The notes: generated by a model from the sequence alone, not told the origin. 27,213 nucleotides of DNA from an uncultured Nitrososphaeraceae archaeon (GCA_963825865.1 CAWGVG010000016.1:1-27213); one strand, 5' to 3'; positions 11,492-22,206 are shown, counted from the stretch's first letter. Translations and numbers: made by a program.

Positions 11492-11662
11492 ATGATTCCA
11501 CAAGGACAAGAACAAGAACAAAAGTTACCTCCTTTTATGTTTGTAAGAGAAATATCTAAAATATCAAATGAGAAATACTATATCAACATACCAAAAGCAA
11601 TGTGGCCGGACGTACAACCGTATCAACAAATCAAACAGCTGAAAATAATAATTGGAGACTAA
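11492..11662 (+). CDS. small AbrB-like (swapped-hairpin) DNA-binding protein
   Basis: 56 aa, REISKISNEKYYINIPKAMW pattern; below the ORF-track cut-off. Confidence 0.55.
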   Translation: MIPQGQEQEQKLPPFMFVREISKISNEKYYINIPKAMWPDVQPYQQIKQLKIIIGD

Positions 11663-12117
11663 CATTGATACAGCATATTCACTTCAGTTCTTCTAAAGAA
11701 TCTCACTTCTTATACAAGCAGCTGCTAACTCTGATTGCTTTTTACGAGTGAAAAGACCGTCTGGTCTTAAGCCTTGTTCTCTTGTGCTGGACTTGACCTT
11801 AAATGAGTTTTGTTGTTCTTCATTATATACCGGAAGCAATGGTAACTATGATGGTTTGCTTAAATGATAGTCAACAGTAAAAGTTTTGTTTATCTTTTAT
11901 TAGTTGATTGAATAGTTTTCCACTTTTCTATACTATCACAGCAATTCTTGAATAATGTATGTATTCAAGCACGAACCCATAAATTTATTGTAGTCCTGAT
12001 TTTTACCTGTCGATTTGAGCATTGATGATGTGAGTAACGGCTGATAGAGAGAGTGTTCAATCATTGGTCATATGATTTCTCCATCAATTATCTGTCTGTC
12101 TTCTATTACCGAGTGGA

Positions 12118-12411
12118 TTATGAAAGATCATTTATAATCTTCATTCCTTCCTCAGCACCAAATGCTCTCAAGGTTTTGGTTTTCACGTTTCCAGCCGACC
12201 CAACTTTTAGCATCAGAGACATTACTATTTCATCATTTGGAGCTTCTATAATTATTACGACATCGTATTCTCCAAAAGTATAGTAACCTTCAATCAATTT
12301 TCCACCTGCTTTTTCAAGTGATGCTTTAAAGGAATTGTAGCGGTCTGAAGATTCTTTGATTTTACTAATGCCTTGCTCCGTCCAATTTATGAGTAATATA
12401 TATTGAGACAA
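12118..12411 (-). CDS. GYD domain protein
   Basis: WTEQG, GGKL...YYTFGEYDVVIIIEAP, GNVKTKTLRAF. Confidence 0.9.
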   Translation of the reverse strand: MSQYILLINWTEQGISKIKESSDRYNSFKASLEKAGGKLIEGYYTFGEYDVVIIIEAPNDEIVMSLMLKVGSAGNVKTKTLRAFGAEEGMKIINDLS

Positions 12412-12590
12412 ATGTAACAGGTAGGTAAATAGGCTATTAGTTATGTCTCATCATATAATCCTTTGGAACAAATTATACCTTAAGATGGTTAAATGCTCCA
12501 TTGAACGTTGGACTTACTGCTTAATGCCAGCCAACAACCCAAGTTAGAACAAACCATCTTTTTATGTAATGACGTTGAAGAGATACAGAT

Positions 12591-12905
12591 ATGGCATTGT
12601 ATCTAGTCAGAGCAAAGCCAAGAAATGAACTTGCAGGTCTTCGCAAAGAACTGGACTCTGGCAAAATATCAAAACTTAGGCCATTTGGAGAAACATCCAA
12701 GCACAGCTTGGAGAATGCAAGAATCGATAACGAAGATGGCTATGCGTTATGGGTAGAGGAGGATTATTGTTCTCCACCATTAGCCATGGAAAGAGAAAGC
12801 GTGTTGGATCGATACTTTAACGATATTACAGTAGAGCACGTTGAATCCGAACAAGAAGGATTGAGTAGAATTAACAACATGCCTCGGATTTGGAGAAGAG
12901 AATAA
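12591..12905 (+). CDS. conserved hypothetical protein
   Basis: YLVRAKP, LRPFG, WVEEDYCSPPLAMERESVLDRYF looks like a conserved block. Confidence 0.75.
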   Translation: MALYLVRAKPRNELAGLRKELDSGKISKLRPFGETSKHSLENARIDNEDGYALWVEEDYCSPPLAMERESVLDRYFNDITVEHVESEQEGLSRINNMPRIWRRE

Positions 12906-13092
12906 CACAAAATATGGCAAAGGCTTCCTTCAACAATAAATCATGACTTAAGTGATGATATAATAATAGTATCTCATGTTTTCTACAATAATATCTATGA
13001 GTTTCTGATTGATAATATGTCTAATGTGTCCTGTCGGCGATAGCGAAAATGGGTTATTGCAGGAGGACGATCAAAGAAAAAGAAAGCGTTTC

Positions 13093-13110
13093 ATGCGCTA
13101 TATAGCGCAT
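13093..13110. repeat. 18-bp perfect palindrome ATGCGCTATATAGCGCAT (R2)
   Basis: Identical copy at 14033-14050; degenerate copies at 10531-10548 and 16668-16681. Confidence 0.9.
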
Positions 13111-13424
13111 AGTATTATGGATATACTTTCATCTGCTATATACAATATTTCTGCAGCTGCATTTCCTTCACGTCTTATTGTCTTCGCTTGTTTTATTCCC
13201 GAATTTTCAGCCTGAGATTTATAATCATCAAGTAGCTGTACAGTTACAGCTGTTCCACCTTCCTCTGCTATTCGCTTAGCAATTTCTCCAAATTCTTGCT
13301 TTATCTTACTTGGTATTCTTTCAAATGCGTCAAATATGTTTACAATAATTAGAGCAGCATCACATTGTTTGGCCAAAAAGGTATCAAATGTATATCTTGC
13401 TCTTATACCAGCTATTGGATACAT
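13098..13424 (-). pseudogene. universal stress protein (UspA) internal fragment
   Basis: LAKQCDAALIIVNI and REGNAAAEILYIADE motifs; lacks the GSRG C-terminus and is truncated at R2. Confidence 0.75.
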
Positions 13425-13604
13425 TCAATCAACTTTTCTATATGCGAGCCTTGTGTTATATCTCCATGATCTCTTATAGATCTTTTTTACCCGTGAGTCA
13501 CATTTCGATGCTTTATTCTTGTCAAGTTATCAAGAATAGCCATAATCCAAATGTCTCAATAAAAATATATTTCAATTTAAATTGAAAATCAAGGTTAATC
13601 CAAT

Positions 13605-13775
13605 ATGATATTAGGACGAAGCGGAGGTCCTATTGGGAATGCTTACATAAGTCCAAAAAATCCTAAATTTATGCAAATGGCCAGCATAATATTCCAATAT
13701 ATTATCACTTTCCTGGTGGGAATCTATATTTCCATTATACTCTATGAGGCGGTTAGAAAAACAACATCAACTTAA
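13605..13775 (+). CDS. possible small membrane protein (56 aa)
   Basis: One TM segment IIFQYIITFLVGIYISIILY. Confidence 0.3.
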   Translation: MILGRSGGPIGNAYISPKNPKFMQMASIIFQYIITFLVGIYISIILYEAVRKTTST

Positions 13776-14032
13776 AAAATCTTTTTTATGGCTTCTTTGG
13801 CTATATTAATGCAGTGTTAGTAGTTAAAAGTCCGCTTAGAAGTTACAATGTCATCATGTAAGAATTGTCGAAAGTGGATTTGAGGATTAAATCTATTTGA
13901 TGGATGGATAAATATAATTATTAAAACATGCGTTGGCGTATTTGAAAATAGAGATTATCATTGATTTTTTTGCACTGCTACTCTTATCATCTATGAAATA
14001 ACACAGCTGTCGGTTTCTTTATCGGTTTTTTG

Positions 14033-14073
14033 ATGCGCTATATAGCGCATAATGACAGAAGATTATGTTAAAT
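14033..14073. other. R2 palindrome overlapping a dif-like site
   Basis: ATAGCGCATAA-tgacagaaga-TTATGTTAAAT versus E. coli dif GGTGCGCATAA-tgtata-TTATGTTAAAT; spacer is 10 bp instead of 6. Confidence 0.5.
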
Positions 14074-14149
14074 ACAATACATACGGAAGCATATTCAGAT
14101 GCATTAGATGAGACTAGTAATAGTATTTTTAAACTTATATTTTCTTAAC

Positions 14150-14188
14150 TTATCATTTGATTTCTCATAAGGAGTATTTTATGTACAA
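14150..14188. repeat. dispersed intergenic repeat R1, copy B
   Basis: TTATCATTTGATTTCTCATAAGGAGTATTTTATGTACAA. Confidence 0.75.
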
Positions 14189-14218
14189 AAAGACAACGGT
14201 ATCAATGCAGCATATTTG

Positions 14219-15419
14219 TTAAAATTTATAATATTCTTTTCCTGCCAGAGAAGTACCACCTATATCTTTTAAGTACCTCATTTTGATTAATTTCTTGAGT
14301 TTGCTGGCGGAATAACCATAAAGATCTAATCCTCCTACCCTTGATACGGCAAAGTCTGATCCAATAGAAATAGCAAAAGTGGAGCCAGGTTTATCAGGCT
14401 TATATTCCTGTAACTTTTTTTTCGTCTCTCCTCCTTTCATTATAGCATAGATATTTTGTGCCAACTCTCCCATGTTGTTCAGCAAAGTATGCATTTGTTG
14501 GTAAGGGTTGACTTTTATCGTCAAGTATTAAAGCAGAATCTCCAAGCACAAAAACACTATCCTCTTGTCCTTCCGCCTGCAGATATTTATTGACAATAAC
14601 TCTTCCTTTTTCACCGGTTTTCAATCCAATATTTTTTAAGAGAGGAGATGCCGTGACACCGCCCGTCCAAATAAACATAGTATGTGTAATCTCCCTTCCA
14701 TCCTTGAGATGTATTGAATGCCGTTTGACTTGCAAAACATAGCATTCAGGACATAAAAATAGTTTAACTCCCAAACTCCCGAGGTATGTTTTTACCCAGT
14801 TTACAGTAGAGTCTGGAAAACCCGATAATAGACTTGGGGACACTAATGTGACGTTAACATGACTCACCTTAAAATTGCATTGTCGTTGTTGTATGTTTAG
14901 CACAGATGCTATCTCGCCAGCAAGCTCTACACCTGTAGTTCCTCCACCTGCTATTACTATATTGCCATTTAGATTTACGTCTGATATCCTTCGGGCTATT
15001 TTTTCTGCATCTTGTATAGTATTGAATAGGAATGCGTACTCCCTTAATCCTGCGATATTGGGTAAAAAAGGCTGGCTACCTAAAGATATGACTAGAAAAT
15101 CGTATCTTAATTCAGAAGATTTTCCTTCTCCTTCAGTAATGAAGACTGTCTTGCTATTTAGATCAATATTGCTTATTGTTGCTTGGATAAAGTCTATTTT
15201 CTTATTACGGACAATATCTTTGTAGTCAATGATAGAAAATCCACGTTTTGATATTATTTCTGGTAAACTTGGAAGTAAAGTATGATATCCTTTTTTATCT
15301 ATTAGTAGAATTTTTGAATCGGAGTCTTTAAGCAGGTGATGCTCCAACACAAGAGCAGCTTGAATTCCTGCATAACCTCCACCAGCAACTAAAACTTGTT
15401 TTGGACGATCTTTATACAA
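14219..15419 (-). CDS. type II NADH dehydrogenase-like FAD-dependent oxidoreductase (frameshift near 14460)
   Basis: VAGGGYAG, YDFLVISLGS, GGGTTGVELAGE, IWTGGV, FVLGDSA; C-terminus continues in the 14219-14524 frame. Confidence 0.85.
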
Positions 15420-15653
15420 TTGCCATAATATTACAAATAACCACAGTTAACAACCTTCTTCCCTCAGTCAAACTCGTCTGAATCGTGTAACACTTTACTA
15501 CAAGCCTTGTCCTATGTTCAAATAAACATAAATAGACTTTACTTTTACTACCAGCTTGCATTGCAATTGACAGTGTTCTTCCTATTCTTCAATCACACTT
15601 AAGATAGTATTGTTTAACAAATCTTTTTAAAAATAGTCTATGAGAGCAATATC

Positions 15654-16608
15654 ATGAAAGTAGGTATTGTTTTACCACAAACAGGACAGCAGGCTACAAA
15701 AGACAATGTAGTTGAATTAGCACAGAAATCCGAAAAAGAAGGTTTTGATTCTTTATGGGTTTTCGACAGACTTCTTTGGCCTTTGGAGCCACAGACACCA
15801 TATAGAGGAATGGCAGATGGAAGTTTACCAGATGATATGCAAAATGTATTTGATCCCTTAGGTACACTTACTTTTGTAGCTGCGAATACAGAAAAAATTG
15901 CATTAGGAACATGTGTTATAGATATGTTATTTCACAATCCTGTAATACTCGCAAGGAGATTTGCAACACTTGATGTTTTATCAGAAGGAAGAGTTATCTG
16001 TGGCCTTGGTATTGGTTGGTCAAAAGACGAGTAACAAGGCTTCCAACGTCCCATTTGAACACAGCGGTAAAAGGGCAAATGAATTTGTCCAGGCACTTAA
16101 AAAGATATGGGCAGATGATATCGTTGAGTTCAAAGGAGAATTTTATAATATCCCACCTTCTAAAATAGGACCTAAGCCTATTCAGAAACCATCTATTCCA
16201 ATCTACCTTGGAGGTTATAACCCAAAGACATTTTCAAGAATTGTAAAGTATGATGCTAATGGATGGTTGGCGTCTATGTCTGGTGCTGTATCTTTGGGAA
16301 GTCTGGAGAATAACATAAAGATATTAAAAGATAAGGCAGCTAACGCAAACAAAAATCCAAATGATTTTAGAATTGTTGTGTTATTATATCCAGGAAGATA
16401 TTCAAATTCCAATAAAGAAAAAGTAAAAGAAAGTAATAGCAGGATTCCCTTCACCGGCACCATCGATGAAATGGGTAGTGATCTACAGAAAATCAAAGAG
16501 ATGGGAGTAGTAGATCATGTAATTTTTAGCTATAATTTCTCATCTGAAGGCAGAGATATAGAGAAGATGATTCAGACAACAAAACAGCTTTCAAAATTTG
16601 CAACATAA
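15654..16608 (+). CDS. LLM-class probable F420-dependent oxidoreductase (frameshift near 16033)
   Basis: GFDSLWVFDRLLWP, LGTCVID, LARRFATLDVLSEGR, GIGWSKDE, PKPIQKP.IPIYLGG. Confidence 0.9.
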
Positions 16609-16773
16609 GAGAAGAAAAATTTTAGATCAACCATATCGAATTACGATTGAAAATAGTTTGAAAAATGATGCGTTATATAGCTATTATCTAGACCCTTGTA
16701 GAATAGACCCAAGTCACGCATTCAAATATTAGAAACTGACGGAGTGAACTGTTAGTTTGATGTGTGTTATAGG

Positions 16774-16801
16774 TCGGGTTTATAGATTTCAATAAACCCG
16801 A
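16774..16801. repeat. perfect inverted repeat TCGGGTTTAT-N8-ATAAACCCGA (R3)
   Basis: 10-bp arms; 24/25-identical inverted copy at 22994-23018. Confidence 0.85.
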
Positions 16802-16930
16802 TAATGATGATAATTCGTCATTGTCGTCATCCTGTATGTGTATCTGCCGTAAGGAGGAAGACAATACATGAACAAGAAAAAAAGTTTAGAGATTTATTTC
16901 ACTGTCAAATGATATGTTACATCGTAAGCG

Positions 16931-17122
16931 AAATTTCTGGGTAGTATTGGGACAGCATAGATGGAGGATGAATTACAAAGAAGGGTAATGAAGTTGGCAA
17001 AGGAACAGCACGACGTTTTAACACAGCAAACAGGAGTCGAGCCATCGCTTAATGAAGCTGAGGTAAAACAATATTTGTATGAAACGATACAAGAAATTAA
17101 GAAGAGATCAATAAGACATTGA
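16931..17122 (+). pseudogene. C-terminal remnant of a Nitrososphaera-type membrane protein family
   Basis: KFLGSIGTA*MEDELQRRV...QQTGVEPSLNEAEVKQYL; TAG where Gln would be expected in SIGTAQME (recalled family tail). Confidence 0.5.
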
Positions 17123-17173
17123 CTGTTTGTGTGAATTAATACATTAGACTATACTAAAATATTATGAAATATC

Positions 17174-17212
17174 TTATCATTTGATTTTGATAAGGACGTA
17201 TTCAATGTACAA
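17174..17212. repeat. dispersed intergenic repeat R1, copy C
   Basis: Contains the palindrome CTTATCA-N8-TGATAAG (17173-17194). Confidence 0.75.
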
Positions 17213-17674
17213 GGTATCATGACGATATCAGACAAAATATTTTGATAGCAGACTTTTGATAACAGAAAATGAGATAGATATATTTATATCCAGCCAGAAA
17301 CTTAGAGCCCATCATTTTGTGGAAAATTGTTGATTGTTCTTTAGCATCTTCGTGATCGTCATGTTTTAATGATATAATAAATGTAGAAGTAAGAAATAAC
17401 CTACCTAATGGAGCTCATTTCTTTCATTTCAATCCCACCTGAAAGTCAGCTATATGTCAAACACCATTACGAATAGTATCTATCAGCGTTCTTGTATATT
17501 ACCATAACTACTGCTGACTGTTGGCCATTCATTAGATTTCATAGAAGAAATACAAAAGGTCATTATTAGTATAATTATTTGTATACAAAAGAGGAACTAA
17601 AACCACGGAAGCCTTCCAAAAGCATCTTCTTCCATTTAAAAATGCTTTCAATTAAGCACTTAGGTGGTAGTTGT

Positions 17675-17790
17675 TATAATGGTATCATGGATACATATAA
17701 TTTGCGCCTTTTCTTGTTTTGCGATTTTTGTTGCGTATTTTGAAGCCTTTATGGATGCATTGGAGCCGTCTATTGGTAGTAATATCTTTT
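17675..17790 (-). pseudogene. UspA N-terminal fragment
   Basis: KILLPIDGSNASIKASKYATKIAKQEKAQIICIH; not in the ORF track. Confidence 0.75.
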
Positions 17791-17858
17791 AATTGGTATC
17801 TCATATTCGCTTTCAGAATTCTTCTTTAAGATATCCATTCATATCGTCACCACTACTA

Positions 17859-18176
17859 CTATCTAAAAATACATAAGATTTCTTTTTGAAAGTAATAATC
17901 TATACAGAAGATATTTTCTCCAGCAGAATCCTTAGTTTTTGAAATTGGCAAAATCATATTCTCCACTTTAGGAACCCTATATGACATAGTATTAGCTCTG
18001 TTGCAAATAGAAAGTGAAAGTGATGTTGTTCTGTCTTTTTTTATCAACTTTTGGCCTCTGATCTGTGATATGAGCTTTTCTGGTTTTTCTATCTCAAACT
18101 CAATCCTTCTCAGATAAACGCTGCTATGTTTCCATCCAACCCTAGGTAGTCTCCCTCCTTTAACACTCCTTTTCAA
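17859..18176 (-). CDS. hypothetical protein or fragment
   Basis: 105-aa ORF, no motif recognised. Confidence 0.2.
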   Translation of the reverse strand: MKRSVKGGRLPRVGWKHSSVYLRRIEFEIEKPEKLISQIRGQKLIKKDRTTSLSLSICNRANTMSYRVPKVENMILPISKTKDSAGENIFCIDYYFQKEILCIFR

Positions 18177-18550
18177 TACTACATTTCTTTTCCTTGTTTA
18201 TATCAACAGATCTTGACATCTGACTTCCTATACTCTCAACTTAAAGATATCACATTAAAGATTGTAAACTTGTATCAAATACTGCCAATGATTGTAAGCA
18301 GTCCCGGAGTACCGATAAGTAATACTAATGATACCGTAGTAGTTGATAATAATATAAATAATAATAATTATTCTACAACAATAGTGATGCATGATGCTCC
18401 TTCAAATGACTGCAAATGTGATAAATGTCTTGATCCTGAACGGAAATTTTAGGTAGTTAGTAGATAAAATAAGAAGAACAGCAACAGCAACTATCGTAGA
18501 TCGGTCTTTTGCTTTGTAGTCATGGTAATGTATCCAATTACTTACCTATT

Positions 18551-19435
18551 TTACGTGATTGTTCGTAAACTAAATTGATCCGTTATTTTATTCTGCGGTT
18601 GTTTGGCATTTATTGTAGTAATTTCAGCTCTTATGGTGTAATCTGTATTGGGTTTTAGGAACGGTGCTTGAAGGTGGTATGCACCGGTACTGCTAAAGTC
18701 CGGACCATATACTGTTGTCTCATTGATATCCTTTCCTGCTATCAACTCAAGTGGTAGTTTTTCTCCTGCTACGGTAAATGTTTTTGAAAATACCTTGTTA
18801 GTATTATTATCCTTAAATATAGTTACATTGTATGTAAGTGGCGTTGACCTGTCTAACGGTACTGTTAGCGGCGTAAACTCTAGCAAAGTTCTCAAGTCTT
18901 TTGTGAGATTGAACGTTGGGCCTACACCTGAAGAGAATTCAAAGTTAGTTCCTCTTTCTATTGCGCTACTTACAGATACAACTGCAAGTCTCCATGGATG
19001 TATCTCACAATGATATACGAAATCGCCGGCTTTATTGAATGTATACTGAAAGAAAGAATTTGCTGTGGCTGGCATAATACCAGAGTTAAAGAGAGCACCA
19101 GAACCTGAAACTGATGGTAAACCACTAGTTACTGTATGAGGTTGTTCTGGATCATTGTTAAACCATGCTACAGTAGTATCAACAGGAACTGCAATTGAAG
19201 GAGGATAATAATGAATAAGATTGGTTTTGTGAGCTGCTCCTGGGACTATACTTACTGCATATGTTGCTCCTATATTTTGTAGTGTAGCCATACTTCCTGT
19301 TTGTCCATAGACGTTAGCAATAGTAGTTGTTGTTGTTGTAAGTGATGTTAATGCTACTGCAGAGGCTATTGTCGCTGCAGTGCAAATCAGAAGTAATATC
19401 AAAGTTTTATTGTAAATAACAGGCATTTTTAGCAT
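18551..19435 (-). CDS. secreted cupredoxin (plastocyanin-like) with an extra C-terminal domain
   Basis: Signal peptide; W.NND..PHTVTSG, FNSG, YTFNKAGDFVYHCEIHPW. Confidence 0.9.
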   Translation of the reverse strand: MLKMPVIYNKTLILLLICTAATIASAVALTSLTTTTTTIANVYGQTGSMATLQNIGATYAVSIVPGAAHKTNLIHYYPPSIAVPVDTTVAWFNNDPEQPHTVTSGLPSVSGSGALFNSGIMPATANSFFQYTFNKAGDFVYHCEIHPWRLAVVSVSSAIERGTNFEFSSGVGPTFNLTKDLRTLLEFTPLTVPLDRSTPLTYNVTIFKDNNTNKVFSKTFTVAGEKLPLELIAGKDINETTVYGPDFSSTGAYHLQAPFLKPNTDYTIRAEITTINAKQPQNKITDQFSLRTIT

Positions 19436-20286
19436 TTTAAGGGCCTTGTTTCTTAAAAGCTTTCGCTAATATAGATGCTCTCCATAAATATTCATTTGTC
19501 ATCTATTAGAAAATGCATAAACAAAAGCAAATAACAATTGAGAAAAAATGTTTATTTGGTGATAAGTTTTACTCTATCACTCCCCCCCTGAAGTTATGAC
19601 AGATATGCTCTAACTCAGGATAACAACAATTAGCTCAAAACTAAACCCCCCGATATACATTTTATACCCATATATGTATATTCAATTTAACATACAGCAA
19701 GCATATTAGAATGTAGAACCATATAAAATAACTTATTTTAAAATTGTTTTATTATGGTTGGCATAGACAACGAAGAGCAAATTACTACTTTTATATTAAA
19801 TATTAAATACTTAACACACATAAGCTCGACCATCAAACCTCGTCTTTACTCTTATCCGTTCTTTCGTTCATAGATATTACCTCTCCTGTGTCATAATTAC
19901 ATGCTTCTAGATATATTTCTCCTATTTCGATTTTTTAATAGTAGCTAAGAGACTTTTGAAGATTTTTCAAAGCTTCAATTCCCCGCTACCTAAGATTAGT
20001 ATCACTATTGCATCTGCAATGATGAAACAAGTCCTACCTGTAAATGGTTTTGATATAACAATCTATTCGAACAACGTAAAGTATTATGGCAAAAGACAAA
20101 TCAATATCTTATCGGCATTAAACATATTTTAAGAGATTATTTCAATACCAATCCTCCGAATTATATGAAATTAATAATGAGCATAGCAAACCAAATATCA
20201 TCGATCTTCTGAATGGCAGAATAACACTACCAACCGTTATCAACAAAAAGGAGAATAACACGGTAAACGGCTTATCTTTAATCTCC

Positions 20287-21040
20287 TTAGGCTTGTCCGC
20301 CCTTTTTAGCTACCTTTGCTCTTGTCTTTTTGCTTGCAGAAGCAAGCCCTTTTTTAGCCATTTCTTCTCCTTGTTGTTTCTCTTCTCTTACTTCCTCCCC
20401 TTCAGGATTTCTAACCGTAACTTTTTCGGTTATCACGTCTTCACTTATTGTTTTAGTTTCAGTTATTGGCTTTTTGTTTATAACTATCTCTTCTTTTACA
20501 TAAGGCTCGCTTTATCACCTGTACCTCTTCTTGCTTTAATGGAACGTTAGTCCCAGTTCTTGATTGTACTGGTCTTTGTTCTGTGGGGCGGTCATTAACA
20601 TCTCTTCTCTCTATAGATATCTCTTCATGTGTTACTGGTACTTCAACAGTTTTTGTTTCTGTAACAGGTTCCTTTATAATTGTAGCATCTATAGTAGATT
20701 CTACTGTAGATGCATCTAATCTCTCTTCTGTTATAGGAACTACAGTTTCTTCTGCTTTTCTTGCTGCTGCCAAACCTTCATTCGCTGCTGTTGGTGATGG
20801 CGGCGAATCTCCCAAAAACCTTGATTTTGCTTCTTCTTCAGATATATTGAATCGCAGCACATCCCCATTATAGCTTTCTACCATATCCTTTGGAATGTAG
20901 AATTTGTCTTTGTTGATCAGCCCTCTCTGTACTAAAACATAATTTTCCCCGACTTCGTGTACTTCACCTAAATCCTCATCATTACTTCCTCTTGCTTCCT
21001 TCTTTATTACATCACTCCAATCTATAGTATATGAACTCAT
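20287..21040 (-). CDS. PRC-barrel-like + YsnF/AvaK (DUF2382) protein with C-terminal KGG motif (frameshift near 20507)
   Basis: DWSDVIKKEARG..DEDLGEV, VPITEERL, VEVPVTHEEISIERR; corrected frame continues PYVKEEIVI..KP.TETK...MAKKGLASASKKTRAKVAKKGGQA*. Confidence 0.85.
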
Positions 21041-21654
21041 GACAAACTTGTCGTAGAAAACAAGGATAATAAGCCTTAGAATGCATTTATGCTAAAGTTT
21101 CATATAATATGTAAATCCTGTTGTAAAAGTAATTTTTTGGAAGTTCATCTGGTTACTTTAGATTCTTCCATAATAACGAGTTTTTTAACTGATCTGTATG
21201 TCATCATCGGGAAGGATTCTTAATTAATAAGAGATCATTTTGACTAAACTTCAGGGCACGTTAGTTCCTGCCAGCACTCCAAACAATAATCACCATTAAC
21301 TTGGTAAATCTCTGATAATTTGTTTTTACAATAGTTGCAGTATGGAGCAGAAAAGTAGTTGTTACCGCTTTTATTATTATTGTTGTCTTTGTTCATTGTA
21401 ATCATATATGCTAACTCAAAAGCTCAAAAGCGTTCCGTTGTGATGTATGTTGACCAATTGTAGTTAATAGTTGACCAATCTTTTTTTCTTTATTTCTCCT
21501 CTGCAAATTATCGATAACTATATTGCCAAAAGGCAATGCTAATGGGAGGAGGTATTCCATAGACCATCCTGCAATTGTGGAGTTGCTGTTTGTTTGTTCT
21601 TTTAGTTTGTTGTTCTTGTTGTTGTTCTTCTTATCTATTATATTGTCAACAACG

Positions 21655-22206
21655 TTAATGTTGCTTTGAGTTGTTCATTCGTATTAAGTTGTCAACAGTA
21701 TCAGCAGCTTGTTTTCGTTGTGATTCAGGTAATTGCGATGATGATAATGCTGCTGGCAACGAACTTTCTTGTATTGTTTTTAATCCTAGGATAGTTTTTT
21801 GAACTATTTCATTTAGATTTCTCATAGATATCGGCTTTTGCATAAAGCCATCTACCATAGTTGACGATGCCAAAACTTGAAACGAATCAAACAAGTCATT
21901 ATCGATGTTAAGTGCCGACATCATTAGAACTTTGACTGTTGGATGTATTTCTCTAACTCTTCTTATGAATTCAAATCCATTTATGGACCGCATCTTAATA
22001 TCAGAGATAACTAAAACATAAGCTTTGTAGTTTAACTTTAAGTGATCTAATGCCAAGAACGGATTTGTAAATCCATACACACGAAAAGAAGAATTATTAT
22101 TATTTACTTGTAGTAAATGTTTGATTACCGTTATGATATCAATTTCATCATCTACTATCATTATGGACTTGGAATAGAGATCGTTGTCATTATGATGCAT
22201 TAGCAT
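21655..22206 (-). CDS. response regulator receiver-domain protein
   Basis: IMIVDDE, VISDIKM, NGFEF, MSA, FMQKP. Confidence 0.9.
   Translation of the reverse strand: MLMHHNDNDLYSKSIMIVDDEIDIITVIKHLLQVNNNNSSFRVYGFTNPFLALDHLKLNYKAYVLVISDIKMRSINGFEFIRRVREIHPTVKVLMMSALNIDNDLFDSFQVLASSTMVDGFMQKPISMRNLNEIVQKTILGLKTIQESSLPAALSSSQLPESQRKQAADTVDNLIRMNNSKQH

Noticed and set aside
14042-14073. The canonical chromosomal dif site
   Set aside because: The spacer is 10 bp, not 6, and the left part is multi-copy; kept only as dif-like.
10454-17212. R1 as SD plus ATG of a conserved small peptide (AAGGA-n-ATG TAC AA)
   Set aside because: The peptides agree only in MYK and differ completely in length and sequence.
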